Source: Octopus sinensis
Taxonomy: Eukaryota
DNA: 64,000 nt
Reading direction: 5' to 3'
Assembly (NCBI RefSeq): GCF_006345805.1
Contig: NC_042997.1
Span: 187,488,001 to 187,552,000 of the forward strand
How positions within the stretch are numbered: position 1 is the first letter of the stretch; each line of letters begins with the position of its first letter. Positions 12,974 to 26,699 of the stretch are shown piece after piece. The notes beneath the pieces are model-generated. The model was not told the DNA's origin. It ran no database searches and saw only the letters and a program-made list of their open reading frames with translations. The position numbers and the translations under genes were made by a program.

Positions 12974-15550
12974 TTCTTGCAAACAACATACACTTAGATA
13001 TATCTTCCCTAACAAGAATAATGACCCTGTATTCAGTAAAAGGTTCATGGTAAAATGAATTAAAAATAAAGTAAATTAACTAGTTGAATTTACATGCATT
13101 TAGTTAGCCATATTTTCCCTCTTTTTTGACTCTGCTATTTCCAAAATGTGTCATGTGATACTGCAGCCTAACTTAGTTTTCAAAGTGGAGAACACCTTTT
13201 TCCTACATGAGATTACCTGTCTATTGCAAGTTAAAGCAATGTTTAGCTGTTTGGGTGTTATTATAAATTATGTTAATGAGTTAAATTTCATCATGGTATT
13301 TATTCTTAAGTTAGGAAGAATAAGACCAGCACTTTGGACATAACACAGTACAGTACTAGTGATGAGCTATAAACTACTTCTCAGGAACATGAGTGAGGTA
13401 TAATATACATAATGTAGTAAAAAAAAAAATTTTTTATTACTTCATTAATTATGTGTTAATCATAATTCTTGTCAGAGGCAACTCTGAAATTCAAAATGAT
13501 TAAAAATTGAATGGGGAAATGTTGTGGGAGTGAGTCCAGTCTTTGGTAAGTTGGCAGCCTGTTGACTCAACAAGCTGCTACTTGCAAAAAATTTAAGAGA
13601 TAACTAGACCCTTGCTGTTTTCTTTCTAGTTATCTTATGTTTAACATTCTCAATCAATATAGAGCCTTAAAATCATAAATACATAGATATATAATTACAT
13701 GTATGTATTGTATGAAAACTCAAACACAAGTCCAAAGAGAATAGTAGATTAGTAAAAGAGAAATAGCTGAAATTAAACAAAAGATATTTTCTGTGCATTG
13801 CCTCTTTGGTATTTCTTTATCAGTGAAATGGTGATATTGTGAGGGAAATTGCAAGATATGAAGGTGAAATGATTGCTGTCAACTATAAATGTCACCATTT
13901 AGATGCATATATAATGCATGTCTACCTTGGATACTTTATCTTAAACTTTTTAAATATCGTATCCTTTACATATAATCTGTTCTTATAGGATCTTTTCAAA
14001 ACCAAACTTTAAACATGATACTATTTACCCACACCTGTGACATGTCAGTCAGTTTTAGTTAAGTTAGTTTGTCGTTTGTAAGAACTTAACAGAAGTGTGT
14101 CCCAGCACAGCCATGAAATTGAACAAATTTCTACAATATCATGTTGCACAAGAGCTTATAATTTTAGGTTTAGGCCAAGGATGCTTGTAAACAGGCATTA
14201 TGGGTTGGGGTGGAGTTAAGTGGATTTAATGGATATGTAAATCTGAGATAAAGTAGCCTCTTATAAAATACCCAAGGAAACTAAATTACTCCTTTTGATC
14301 TTAGCTTGCTTTAAATGGAGCTCATTGTGCAGTCCTTGAACTCACAATTTTCTTGGTTACATCATTTACTATCTTTAATTCTCTACATTGGAGATAACTT
14401 AAGAATATCTGTATTTTTATGTATGTGTGTGGGTTTATTTTATCTTCTGTCTGTAGCGTTCTGTCAAGTGTTCACAATTTGTCTGGGTGGTCCATGAAAA
14501 GGGGGAGAAGAATGTGTGTTTACAGTCAAAGTAGTCAAGAATTTGTTATTATTAGAAGTGGGGTGGGAAGAGACTGCTAATTTGAAGCAACTGTTGACAT
14601 GACAGCAGAATTGAATATTGTCTGATCTTTTTCGCAATTCATATGCCAACATATAATCTAAGAACTTTGAAGAAAAAGTAATAGAGCTTCAATTTTTATA
14701 TCTGCAAGTTATAAAAGCATACATATGAGACAAAATAATTGTGTGACACATTATCAGTTTTATTCTCTCTCTCACATCCTTATTATTGCTTATTCTTCTC
14801 ATATTTATTCTCTCATATTTTGTTATCTCTCATTTACATTCTGTTTTGTTGTTTAAAATTTAAACATGTACTTGCAATCCAATCTTAGGTTAACTAATAA
14901 ATTTAGTTCCATTTTTAAAGTTCTATTTTTCTGCTTATTTGCTGGAAAGGGTAACTTTAAAAATTCCAATTATTTTCATTCTAACAGAATGATTTTGATC
15001 TTTGAATATATATATATTGTGCCAAAAATCTAAAATTGCATACATCTTATAATTACTTTATTATAATTAAACATCTAATAACATTTATGATCTGAAAACA
15101 AATTGCATTGAAACACCTTATTTTGTTTTCTCTCTTTAAATTTTTACTAATTGCGTCATTGGAATTTCAATTATTTTCGAAATATATTCAATCAAAATTT
15201 CAAGGAAACTTCGTTTTTAGTTTCCTTTATTGTTTTATCATTGCTTGAATATCCTTCAATCTAGGATGTGTCAAGAGAAGTTATAGAAATTACACAAACT
15301 GAAATATGTATGTCTGTGTGTGCATTGTTTGTTTGTATGCATGCATACATGCATGCCTTTGTTTTATGAGTTGTAAGAGATGTTTTATCCATTTGTGCAG
15401 AAAATTTTGGCCAGTGTGTATGGAAGAGAGATCTGCCTATATTAGTATAACAAATATGTAATAATGCAAATAGATGGAGGAAAGTATTATGGATAAATAT
15501 AGAGAGTATATAACATAGATGCCTTTAAAATATATATATATATATATATA

Positions 15551-15766
15551 TCATCATCATTTAATGTCTGCTTTCTATGCTAGCATGGGTTGGACGGTTC
15601 AACCAGGCTCTGGGAAGCCAGGAGGCTGCACCAGGCCCAGTCTGATCTGGCAGTGTTTCTACAGCTGGATGCCCTTCCTAGCACCAACCACTCCATGAGT
15701 GTAGTGGGTGCTTTTTACGTGCCAGGCAAGGCTGGCAACGGCCACGATCGGTTGGTGCTTTTTACA
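15551..15766 (-). mobile_element. RTE-type LINE 3' end, 5'-truncated, inserted in (TA)n
   Basis: (CAT)n tail, tttctacagctggatgcccttcct core, TA repeats on both flanks. Confidence 0.85.
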
Positions 15767-16067
15767 TATATAAAAGAGGAGGGTCAGACTCATTACTTAT
15801 TCCAGGACTGCTGAGGGTGGTGGAAGAAAGGAGTGGTTAGTAATCAGGATCCTCAGCTAGAATGTTTGAACTATGTACTGTGCTAAAGGCACCCAAGGAC
15901 AAGTGGTGGTGTTAAACCAGATGTGAGGTTTAAGTCTACCACCCACCACTCATTGGCGTTCTCCAAAAACTTGTGAGCCTTTTATTAGTAATGGTTTTAT
16001 GTTTAAATTCATTTTAACTTTAATTTTAGTGACTAACAAAATAAAATAACAAAGTGTCTTTTAGTAA

Positions 16068-16375
16068 GGTTGTGATATGGCTCAGTGGTTAGAGCATCGG
16101 GCTCACAATCATGAGGTACTGAGTTCAATTCCTTGACCGGGCTGTGTGTTGTGTTCATGGGCAAGACACTTTATTTCACATTACTCCAGTTCACTCAGCT
16201 GTAGAAATGAGTTGCCGTGTCACTGGTGCCAAGCTGTATTGACTTTTGCCTTTCCCTTGGATAATGTTAGTGATGTGGAGAGAGGAGGCTGGTATACATG
16301 GGCAACTGTTGGTCTTCTGTAAACAACCTTGCCCAGACTTGTACCTCAGAGGAGAACTTTCTTGGTGCAATCCCA
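16068..16375 (+). mobile_element. tRNA-derived SINE family 3
   Basis: A box tggctcagtgg, B box gagttcaattcc, then gtgttcatgggcaagacactttatttcac body; no intact tRNA acceptor stem. Confidence 0.8.
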
Positions 16376-16503
16376 TTTTTGACTGTCTCTTTGATTATCT
16401 CTTTGAATTTGTAGTTAAGATTTTTTCTGTCACATGAATGTAATGTAATTGATGGTGCAACTATCTGCTTCAGCAATACATTTAATGATCTCTCTCTCTC
16501 TCT

Positions 16504-16547
<44 letters not shown>

Positions 16548-18726
16548 TGTAATTCACTCATGTAATATAAAATATCACATTATATCTGTAAAGATTCTGC
16601 CATACTCACACACATTATATTAGCTGTGTTTTGTATGAAAATTAAGACAATTGTTTGAAGAGAAAGTAACAAGTTGCTATTCAAGACAGTGTCAATAATG
16701 CTTTACATTAAGTCATATCACCACCATGTGTTATATCTGTGAAGACTTTAGGTTCCATGTTGACTGATGCAGCTTAGCTGTCCAAAGTGTAGTGTTTTAT
16801 AATCAGAATAAATCTGGTGAAATGCCCAAAACAGTAGCTTACATTGCTCATCTTCCCAACTGTGTGTTGTAAACCGGTTTGGTTCCTGTAGCAACAAAGC
16901 CCCTGGTGGCTTCTCTGTAATTTTTATTGATCGTTTGTGAGTAAAATCAGGCCAAAGAAAGCTTAAGATGAATACTGAGATAAGACTTCAGATACATTAT
17001 AGATGAAATGATTCAGGCTGAATTAAATATATTGAAAAAAGATGTTTAGTGCTGAACAGAATTACACATATTGAAAAAAGATGTTTTGTGTTAACCTATT
17101 CTACCTTTGTCAAGATACAAAAATGATTTTAAAACAATGAGGATACTTTATAGTCAAGTTAGCACCCCTTACAGTTTTGGTGAATCAATATTTAAACTAT
17201 CGCATCCTTCTCACCTCAAATTACATGAATCACTATCAAGATTAATGAATCACGTCACAGTTTTTCTTCATAAATCCCATATACCACTCCTGCAAATAGG
17301 TAGATCAAAAATTATTAATGCTTTCAGCTTTTATTTGTCTTTTTTTATTATGTATATTAGTGAATTATTTTTTTGTTATTTACATAGCAGAATATTCTTT
17401 AATGACTCATACACATGAAATAGACTGCTTCATTTGTTGTGTACTTTAGTAATTATGAGGATTTCATACTCCTTTGTGTGTGTGTTTTAACAGTGATTTT
17501 GTGCAGATAATACAAAGCCAAATGAAATTCTGTACAAAAATTGTCAACCAAGGCGATCTGAGTTCAGTCCCCAGTAGGTTCTCACTTTTTATTGGATTTC
17601 ATGTTGGCTTTGTATTTGTGTACAAAAACATTCTGCTTAAAAAACATATAGAAATACTTGCTTTTCAATCCCGCTTTACTCTTCACTAAAAAAAAAAAAA
17701 TGCACAGGAAAATATAAATTCGGTTTTATACACACACACAGATGCACACACAAATGTTTCTATCATACCAAAGAAAAGATTAAGTATTAAATTCACTTCA
17801 GGTTCGTTAAAATATGTTTGTGATATATTCAAACTTCTAAAGGCAAATTCACTGCACTTACCATGGAGAAAAAAATTCTCTCTTGTGGTAAAAGGTATAA
17901 AAATACCATTTCTGCCCCATACATCCTGAGCCGGATGTTTCTGGTTAATTAACTTATATTTGTAAATAATTAACCATGGCTTTTAACATTGGCATGAACA
18001 TAGTGAAATTAGATTCATTCCACTATCTGACTGGTATATATTAAAATAAATCCAAAAGGATGAAAAGCAAGGTCTGCTATAATAGCATTTGAACTTAGAA
18101 TGGAAGAGACATGAAATTAGTTCTATAAAGCATCTTGTCTGGCACTCTTCCATCTCAGACTTTAACTTTTTCATACAATATAAATAAGATCTTATCTACT
18201 TGTTTTAGTTGTAATATAATATACTCCACTTCAAATAAATCTATTTTCTTGAAGGTACAGGTTATGGCAGTATATAAACCACAGCCATTTTAATTTGTTT
18301 GCAAATATAGAATATTAATCAAAATCTAAGGAAATGCATCAGATCACACACCGATCCTATCAAGTTTATCTTTTCGCTACTAGCTTTACCTGAACCTGGT
18401 TGCATATCCCCAACTCACACCTTTCAAATTCATTTATAGTTACCTTAGTAAATAACTGCTAAAGGATGAAGTTGATAAAAAGAAAAGACAATTTTATGTC
18501 TGCGTCATGTATTATTATTGTAAATTGGAGGAGGTGAATAGCCACATATGATGAATCATTTCAACTTTTGAAAATATTAAGCTAACCACTTCCCATTGTA
18601 AATTTAGGAAGTATACAGGAGTGACATAAGTACCATGATGTACGATGTACAGCTTCCAGTGAACTGAGTAGGTAATTTGAGTGTGATTAGTATCATAAGT
18701 ACAGACAGGCATAAGAGTATGAAGCT

Positions 18727-19095
18727 TGCTTCTTCAGGTTCAGTCCTACTGTGCGGTAACTTGGCAAGTATCTTCTACTACAGCCCTGGGACAACTAAAG
18801 CCTTGTTAGTGGATTTTGTAAACAGAAGCTGGAAGAAGCCATTCACATATACATATATACATGTTAGTATATATATATGTGTGCGCACACACACACACAC
18901 ACATATATATATATGTATGTATGTATATGTATGTATGTATGTATGTATATATGTATGTATGTATGTATATATGTATGTATATATGTATGTATATATGTAT
19001 GTATGTATGTATATATGTATGTATATATGTATGTATATGTATGTATGTATATGTATGTATATATATGTATATATGTATGTGTATGTATATATATG

Positions 19096-19130
<35 letters not shown>

Positions 19131-19296
19131 GTATGTGTATATATATATGTATGTATATATGTATGTATATATGTATGTATATATATATGTATGTATGTAT
19201 GTATGTATATATGTATGTATATATATATGTATATATGTATGTATATATATATGTATATATGTATGTATATATATATACGTATGTGTATATATGTAC

Positions 19297-19331
<35 letters not shown>

Positions 19332-19362
19332 CATCTCATATGTGTATATGTATATTTGTATA
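18727..19362 (+). repeat. SINE1 head followed by about 500 bp compound (TATG)n/(TA)n/(CA)n microsatellite
   Basis: Degraded SINE1 head 18727-18845, then continuous TATG/TA repeats that produce all the Y/I/M/C/V/H-rich ORFs at 18677-19446. Confidence 0.9.
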
Positions 19363-19506
19363 TATATTTGGGTCTACTTGGACCACATTTTAAAGATGAG
19401 GAATGTTTCCCCAGAGGCAGCACTCTTTAAAATATGGCACAAGTAAGCCCAAATGAAATTGGGTTATAATCCTAGTACATAGATATAGATATACACACAC
19501 ACACAC

Positions 19507-19860
19507 AGGTGCAGGTGTGATCTGTATAGTTAAGAAGTTTGCTTCTCAACTGGACTGTTTCATGTTCAGTGCCACTGTGTGACACCTTGGGCTAGTGTCT
19601 TGTCCTATAGCCCCAACACAAACTAGGCCTTATGAGTAGATTTGGCAAACAGAAACTGAAAGAAGCCCTTTGCATATATGTGTGTGTTTGCGTGACTTTG
19701 TCTTGACAAATCATGATAGTTGTAAATGAGCATGACTGTCATACAAGCAGTGTCATTCATTTGCTGTTTCTTACAAAGGGTGTCTGGTAATTGTTTTGAA
19801 ACAATTGAAGGTTGGTGTCAGAAAGAGCAACTGCCCATAGAATATATCCCACTGCAGTCT
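19507..19860 (+). mobile_element. tRNA-derived SINE family 1b (SINE1 head, different body)
   Basis: Head as SINE1; body catgatagttgtaaatgag...catacaagc...tcattcattt shared with 51690-52110. Confidence 0.65.
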
Positions 19861-19869
19861 GTAGACATG

Positions 19870-20338
19870 GGCTGTGCCTACTGATGATGTGTGAAGGCTT
19901 GAAAGAAATGAAGCCATGTGAGAAAGTGGTGAGAAAGGATCTACAGACATTGGGATTCACAAAGGGGATGACAGGGGATCAAGACTTCTAGTGGTTTGCT
20001 GTCTTAAGACACGTCAAGGTAAGTAAAAAGCATAGTTGCCCTTATATTCAGGCTGTCCCCTGCATCCCTCTCCAGCTGAGCATTCCGAGCCTTGCTGGCT
20101 CGTGGGTGCCGGTGTCATGTAAAAAGCACATGTACCTCATAAATGCGCCCATACTGGTGGTGTGTAAAAGCACCCAGTACACTCTGTAAAGCGGTTGATG
20201 TTTGGAAGGTCATCCAGCCATAGAAACTATGCCAAAACAGATATGGAGCCTGGGTAGCTCTTCAGCTGGTCAGCTCCTATCAAACTGCTCAACCCTTGCC
20301 AGCATGGAAAACAGACGTTAAATGATGATGATGATGAT
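19870..20338 (+). mobile_element. RTE-type LINE 3' fragment including RT C-terminus remnant
   Basis: Remnant reading VVRKDLQTLGFTKGMT..., then ggaaggtcatccagcc.tagaaac and ggaaaacagacgttaaa(tga)n tail. Confidence 0.7.
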
Positions 20339-20595
20339 TATATGTGTGTGTGTATGCTTGTGTGATTGTAAGTGTCTTTGCATCTGTGTTTGTCTCCCAC
20401 TACTGCTTGACAATTGTTGTTGGTGTGTTTACATTCCTGTAACTTAACAGTTCACCAAAAGAGACTGATGAAGTAAGTACCAGGCTTCAACAAACAAGTC
20501 CCTGGGTCAATTTGTTCGACTAAAAATTCTTCGTGGTGGTGCCCCAGCATGGCTGCAGTCTAATGACTGAAACAAGTAAATGATAAAAGATACAA
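20339..20595 (+). mobile_element. SINE family 1, 3' half
   Basis: tgtttgtc...ttgacaa...ggtgtgtttac...taatgactgaaacaagtaaa. Confidence 0.75.
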
Positions 20596-20997
20596 AAAGA
20601 TAAATGCTTTAACAGCAAACACGATATGCACCAGACCAATCTTTTGATGGTCACTGCAAAAAAAAAACAGTAAAATATTAGACAGATGGTAATGGTGTCC
20701 TCATGTAGCTAACTTCACTAGTGCCATACCAATGGCTATGTAAAATATGGGGGGTTTCTCTGCTTCACTGTGTAAATCCAGAATGTGTATACTACTACCA
20801 CTAATTAATTGTAGTTGAGTTTTGCTCCCTGTATGTCTAGAAAAGGTCATAGCATTCTCAGGAAACCAATTCAGACAAAAATGTTTGTTACAAAATATGA
20901 TTTGGTGGTTCTGGTGAACCTTGGAAACTACTCTGACCTTTCAGTGCCTGTTTGACTATTTGCGTTTTTTTTTTTTTTTGCATGTGTGTATATGTAT

Positions 20998-21042
<45 letters not shown>

Positions 21043-22436
21043 TCTCTCTTGTACACATGCACACACTCACAGACATGCATACACACTCAGACACATATGT
21101 GTACATGTGTGTGTGTTAGGTTACAGACTCTTGTTTTTATTGAATAGTATTGTGCATTTCTCTTCTAAAACAAAACCAAAAACAGAGAACTGACTTGATA
21201 TAGCATTACATAATATTTAAATAATATCTCAAATTATTTAATCAAACAATATCAAAGTAAGCATTAGGTGGTAGTGTTTTTTAACCATTGTTTTGACTTT
21301 CTGCACCATTTAAACGTTCAGTAGCATCCATCAACTGCTCTGAGTAACTTTCAACTTGAATATATTAAATGTATTGAAATAATTATTTGATAATTTTATT
21401 ATTATCATTATTATTATTATTATTATTTGTTGTTGTTATTATTATTATTTTCCATTTACTTAAAACAAATAAAATGATAAATTTTTTTGTTTAAAATTTA
21501 TTGCTAAAGTGTAATACTGAGATGAACACACATACACACCACATTCGTCATACCCTCTCTTTAGTACTTATGGGTTTTCCTTTTTACTTCCTCTGTGGTG
21601 ACAGTACCTGAGCTGTATCTGTTGGTGAAAATTCATCTTCATTCATTAAGTTGATAAATTTATTTGTGACATCTAAAGCCTGTTACTGATGACAACTTTT
21701 ACTTTCAAATAAGGTTGCACTTAGAATAATAGACTTCCTCTTGGTTTCCTCTCTAAGTTTCCTGTGTCCTCCTATTTTGCTTCCTGTTCTTAATAAACAC
21801 TCAATAAGAAAAAAAGTTGATTTATAATGATAATAAGTATGTAATTTAAATTCCAGAGTATATCCTAAAATCTGATAGGTTGAAACTTCTATATTCTCTC
21901 CAACACCCACAATTTCTACATAGACATTTTTATTGCAAGACATAACAGAGTGGGCAGGGTACTTTAGGGGAGTCATCTTACTGTAGTGATAAATTGATAA
22001 GTTTAGGGAATTGGTTATTACTCACTGAGACTAAAAGTTATTTATGATCTTTTGACTTCACCTAATTCATTGGTATCTTACAAAGTAAGTAACTGCCTCG
22101 TGTCTACTCATGAAATTAAACTTAATTACTTATTACCACTTATCACTGCTAGAAATATGTTTATTTGTACACATGAACCATGTGAGTATGTTTGATAGAA
22201 AGGGTGAGATGAAATAAGGTTTTTGAAAATCTGACAGAAAAATGTTTGAAGAAAAAGAACTAAATAGCCCTTATCTCTGAAAAGTATTTCTTGTATATAC
22301 CTAGTTAATAAGAAAACTTGGGACATTTATTTCAACCAAATTTGAATAGAAGATAGTTCTGACAGTCTGAACTGCTAGATCAAACCTAATCATTATTTGA
22401 CTCTTTGGAAATTGTTGTTAGTCAAGATATTGATGC

Positions 22437-22487
<51 letters not shown>

Positions 22488-23748
22488 AAAGATGTGTGGT
22501 CAATAGAAGTAGGACAACAGTTAAAAGATGCCTGGTATGGTGTCACTGTACTGTAAAAATAAACTGCTGAATCAAAACAACTGGTTCAATTTAGGAGGAG
22601 GGCACTGGTTTGTTTCTCCTTTATCATTTGTGAGTTTCTCCACAAACATCTTTATTGCTTCTCTTTTAGGGGAAGGGAAAGATTGAATAGAGAATAAAAC
22701 AGCCAAGGGAAATCTCTTGCTGAGAACAGCAAAAATGTGGAATGGTGAAAAATTCCTGTGTGTATTGACTCAGTAAGGATGGCAGTTTGATTGGAGGCTT
22801 GTTGTGTGGAATGCATGGCTAATAGACAGAACACTCAGTGGTAGTTTTTCTTTAAAGCAGCGACAATGAATATGGAACATTGTCAGATAGTTGATTGTTG
22901 ATGACTATTCTGATTGAGCTGGCAAGTGGAGGATAGCACTTCACTTGGCTCTGTTCATGTAGTTTCATGGAAAAGGAATAAATATTTTCTCAGATAAACA
23001 AATAATAGTATTTTTTATATATTTATATATATATATATATATTTTAACATTTACTTGGGTGTTTGTAGTAGCATACAATTGTTGGGATTGAAATACTTCC
23101 AAACTGAATATGTGATTTATAGATTACAGAAGTTATAATTAATAAAGTAGAAACTTCTCTCGCCAAAAGATTACACCAGCATAATTTCTAAATTGCGGTA
23201 ATAATTAAATAGCTGAATTGCTATTATTATTAATTATTATTATTATTATTATTATCATTCTATGTTTGACTTTTGCTTTACATTTGTACCAGTTGGCTCT
23301 ATTATTATTATTATTATGTAAATAGATAGTTTTGTTGAAATAAATGTGTAAAAGATTGGTTTATGTCAATGGAAAATATTTAATTTATTAGAAGGAAACA
23401 AGCAAGATTTTGAGGTGCTTCTAAACAATTTCATATGTTGATGTATATTAAAAAGAAACTAATCACAGATATTTAAATGTATAGTTAACAATTTAATTTG
23501 AGGCTAAAGTATGTTAGAGGAAAAAGTATTAGTGTGTTGCTATCCCACATTATATAATGGAAGAAAATAAAGATGGTGACGAGGTACCAGAGCAAACTCT
23601 GAGAAATTAAGTATCTAACTAAAAATACACTGGGGGTCAATTTGTTCGACTAAAACCTTTCAAAGCAGTACCTCAGCACATTTGCAGTCCACTAAATGAA
23701 ACAAGTAAAATATAAAAGATTATATTGGATAAAAATAACAATTTATTA

Positions 23749-24118
23749 CCAAGTCCCACTGTGTGGCATCTTGGGCAAGTGTCTTCTGCTATAGCCCCGG
23801 GCCGACCAATGCCTTGTGAGTGGATTTGGTAGACGGAAACTGAAAGAAGCCTGTCGTATATATGTATATATATATATATGTGTGTGTGGGTTTGTGTGTC
23901 TGTGTTTGTCCCCCTAGCATTGCTTGACAACTGATGCTGGTGTGTTTACGTCCCCGTCACTTAGCAGTTCGGCAAAAGAGACCGATAGAATAAGTACTGG
24001 GCTTACAAAGAATAAGTCCCGGGGTTGATTTGATCGACTAAAGGCGGTGCTCCTGCATGGCTGCAGTCAAATGACTGAAACAAGTAAAAGAGTAAAAAAA
24101 AAAAAAAAAAAAAAAAAA
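23749..24118 (+). mobile_element. SINE family 1, young 5'-truncated copy with A-rich tail
   Basis: Very similar to 7345-7717; ends aagagt followed by a pure A run. Confidence 0.9.
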
Positions 24119-24815
24119 GCAAGTTCATTTTTCTATTGCTGTACAATGTCCCTTGATTGGAATGGTAACTTGCACATGTATGCTTGTGTAAACACACACA
24201 GACATAAGCAAGCTTTCTAATCTACTTAAGGTAATCGCCTACTTTCTCCCCTAAGGCTAATTATTCCCAACAGTACAATAAGCAGATAGTTTTATATAAC
24301 TCACTATTGCTGCATTAAGATGCCAATGTTACATTTTTCTATGATTGTAGGAGGCATTTTCGTTGCTTGTGAATTGGTTATAATTTCACTTAGCTCCAGT
24401 TAAGCCTGCATCATTCAACTGTGGTTGACTCATTTCCGTTCCCATTACAACTACACTTTTTTTTACAACAGTTGTTACCTAACACTGATATACAAGTATT
24501 GTAAGTTCATAGGATCTTATTTAAACCCCACTTCAAATATTCTAGGGTTACAGGATATCCAGCTTAATCTGTTGCCACCATAACAATTTCTGTGATAATA
24601 TATCATTGCATTGTCAAACACTGCTGATGTATATTTATAATAAATCATCTGTACAACTGCACTACACCCAAGCTAAGCATTGTTAGTACAAGAGGTCAAG
24701 CAGTCTTTGTATATTTGGTGACTATGCATTTTCACCTGATTGAGTGCAGTAAAATGAGTAGCAATCAGATATTAGAATGCATTCGCTTAACTGCATTCCT
24801 TTGTGATGTTTTTCT

Positions 24816-25335
24816 TCATCGTCGTCGTCGTTTAATGTCCACTTTCCATGCTGGCATGGATTGAACAGTTTGACTGAGGATTGGCAAGCCGGGAGGCTCC
24901 AATCTGATTTGGCAAAGTTTCTACAGCTTGATGCCCTTCCTAATTAATGCCAACCACTCTGCGAGTGTAGTTGGTACTTTTTACGTGCCACCAACACGAG
25001 AGCCAGTCAGGTGGCACTGGTATCGATCACGTTCGAATGATGCTTTTTATGTACCACTGGTACAGGAGCCAGTCAGGCAGCACTGGCATCAACCACACTC
25101 AAATAGTTCTTTTTAGGTGCCACTAGCGTAGGTGACAGTCAGGCAACACTGGCATTGGTCACACTTGAATGGCATTTTTCGCATGCCATTGGCACAGGAG
25201 CCAGTCAAGTGACACTGGCATCAACCCTGCTAAGCACCATTCGAGCATGGCTGATGCTAGTGCCGCCTGATTGGCTCCCATGCCGGTGGCTCATAAAAAG
25301 CACCATTCAAGTATGGTTGATGCCAGTGCTGCCTG
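24816..25335 (-). mobile_element. RTE-type LINE 3' UTR with internal ~60-bp degenerate repeats
   Basis: Tail catcgtcgtcgtcgtttaatgtcc; repeated tttttacgtgccacc...gccagtcagg...ggca units. Confidence 0.85.
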
Positions 25336-25912
25336 CTAGAAAGAAAATTCTATTACACTATTGACAAAATAATGATTTTGCATGGCTATGTGGTCAGTGC
25401 TAGACTTTCATAGTTAGCCAATTCTGTACTTTTATCAACTGAATTCTTTCTCAAAACATCTTCAAAAATTTGACCTACTTGTCTATATATAATATCTTAA
25501 CTGTAATCTAATTGATTCTGATTGCTTAAATATTGTCTAATGGAAATTTTCAACTTTCCTTTTTTCAAGCTTTACATTAATTTATAATTCTCTTTCTCTC
25601 TATAAGCTTATCTTTTGGTAATGAATCACTCGCATGCAACTTCCTTGTACATTGTGATTATTTTCTAGTCCTTTGGCAATGAGGATTTTTGTTAATGTGT
25701 ATAATCAAAGCTAGAATGTAAAATATATTTTGGTAATGGAATTTATGAATTTCTCTGTTTTACAGTACCTTGCCATTTTTATGTAATTTATAACTGATAC
25801 CAAAAGTTTAAACGACTATAAATGCTATATAATTCTAGATCACTGTTATTAATGTTATGATAGTGTAGATGCTATAATTACAAAGACAAATACAAAGTGA
25901 AATTAATATTAA

Positions 25913-26134
25913 CTCTTTCGTTACCAACCCGGCTGAAACCGCTTCTGGCTCTGTAGTACAAATGTCTTGTTTTCATAAGTTTTGAATTAGAATCTTCCTG
26001 CAAATCTTAGTCACAATTTATGTTCTTAACTCTAGCTTAATGATAACTAAGTTATTTTACTGAATTCTTTGTTATATTTAAAATTAACCGAAAGGAACAC
26101 AGAGCATCTCAAAATAAATATAGTAATGAAAGGG
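25913..26134. mobile_element. piggyBac-type MITE, subfamily with CCCTTTCGTTAC TIR
   Basis: TTAA ctctttcgttac ... gtaatgaaaggg TTAA; collinear with 31628-31838. Confidence 0.9.
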
Positions 26135-26150
26135 TTAAAATTCCAGTCAT

Positions 26151-26333
26151 GGCAGCAAACTGACAGAACAGTTAGCATGCCAGGCAAAATGTTTAGGATC
26201 ATTTCATCTGTCTTTACGTTCTAAGTTCAAATCCATCGAGGTCGATTTTGTCTTTCATCTTTTCTGGGTCTATAAAATAAGTACCAGTTGAGTACTGAGG
26301 ATGATATAATCTTCCCTGAAGTTGCTGGCCTAG
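26151..26333 (+). mobile_element. SINE family 2 (degraded)
   Basis: ggcagcaaactgacagaa head, gtctttcatcttttctgggtctataaaataagtaccag core. Confidence 0.75.
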
Positions 26334-26539
26334 TTAAAGTTCTTAATAAAATATGTGTTACAGTAGTCAAACAAATCACTACTGCATGATTAGAGATCAG
26401 GCATGTGATAGTTCAGAGATTAGATGTGGGTTATTTTATTGAAACCAAAAAGAGATTGTGAATTGTGAAATTAAATGCTATAATGATAATAACAACTGTT
26501 GTGTTGAGCCTTGCTTAATGTGACTTATTTCTATTACAG

Positions 26540-26629
26540 GGCCAAGAATATGCGGAAGCATATGTACTGGAGTACCAACGAGAAGACAATGGACAATGGT
26601 TGCGTTTCCGAGACAGAGCTGGCGAAGAA
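26540..26629 (+). CDS. DDR: Discoidin domain receptor, internal exon B (90 nt, phase 0-0)
   Basis: Acceptor ttatttctattacag|G, donor GAA|gtaaga. Translates GQEYAEAYVLEYQREDNGQWLRFRDRAGEE, continuing exon A in frame. Confidence 0.95.
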
Positions 26630-26699
26630 GTAAGATTCTAACTTTTCTTTTCATTTAAATCAAAAATAAAACGAAAATCATTGTTAGGAATATTTTGAG

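Noticed and set aside
16068-16145. Possible tRNA gene (Val-CAC-like loop)
   Set aside because: A and B boxes are present but the stems are broken and it continues into a SINE body; it is a SINE head.
18677-19446. Five long overlapping ORFs of 156-238 aa (also 28605-29016, 30589-30858, 10647-10892, 20888-21193, 53775-54183)
   Set aside because: Stop-free translation of TA/TG/TATG microsatellites.
24400-24700. Possible Penelope RT remnant (MGTEM resembling MGT.MAP) and possible RTE-BovB remnant at 57540-58200
   Set aside because: Too decayed to support by eye; needs a frameshift-aware search.
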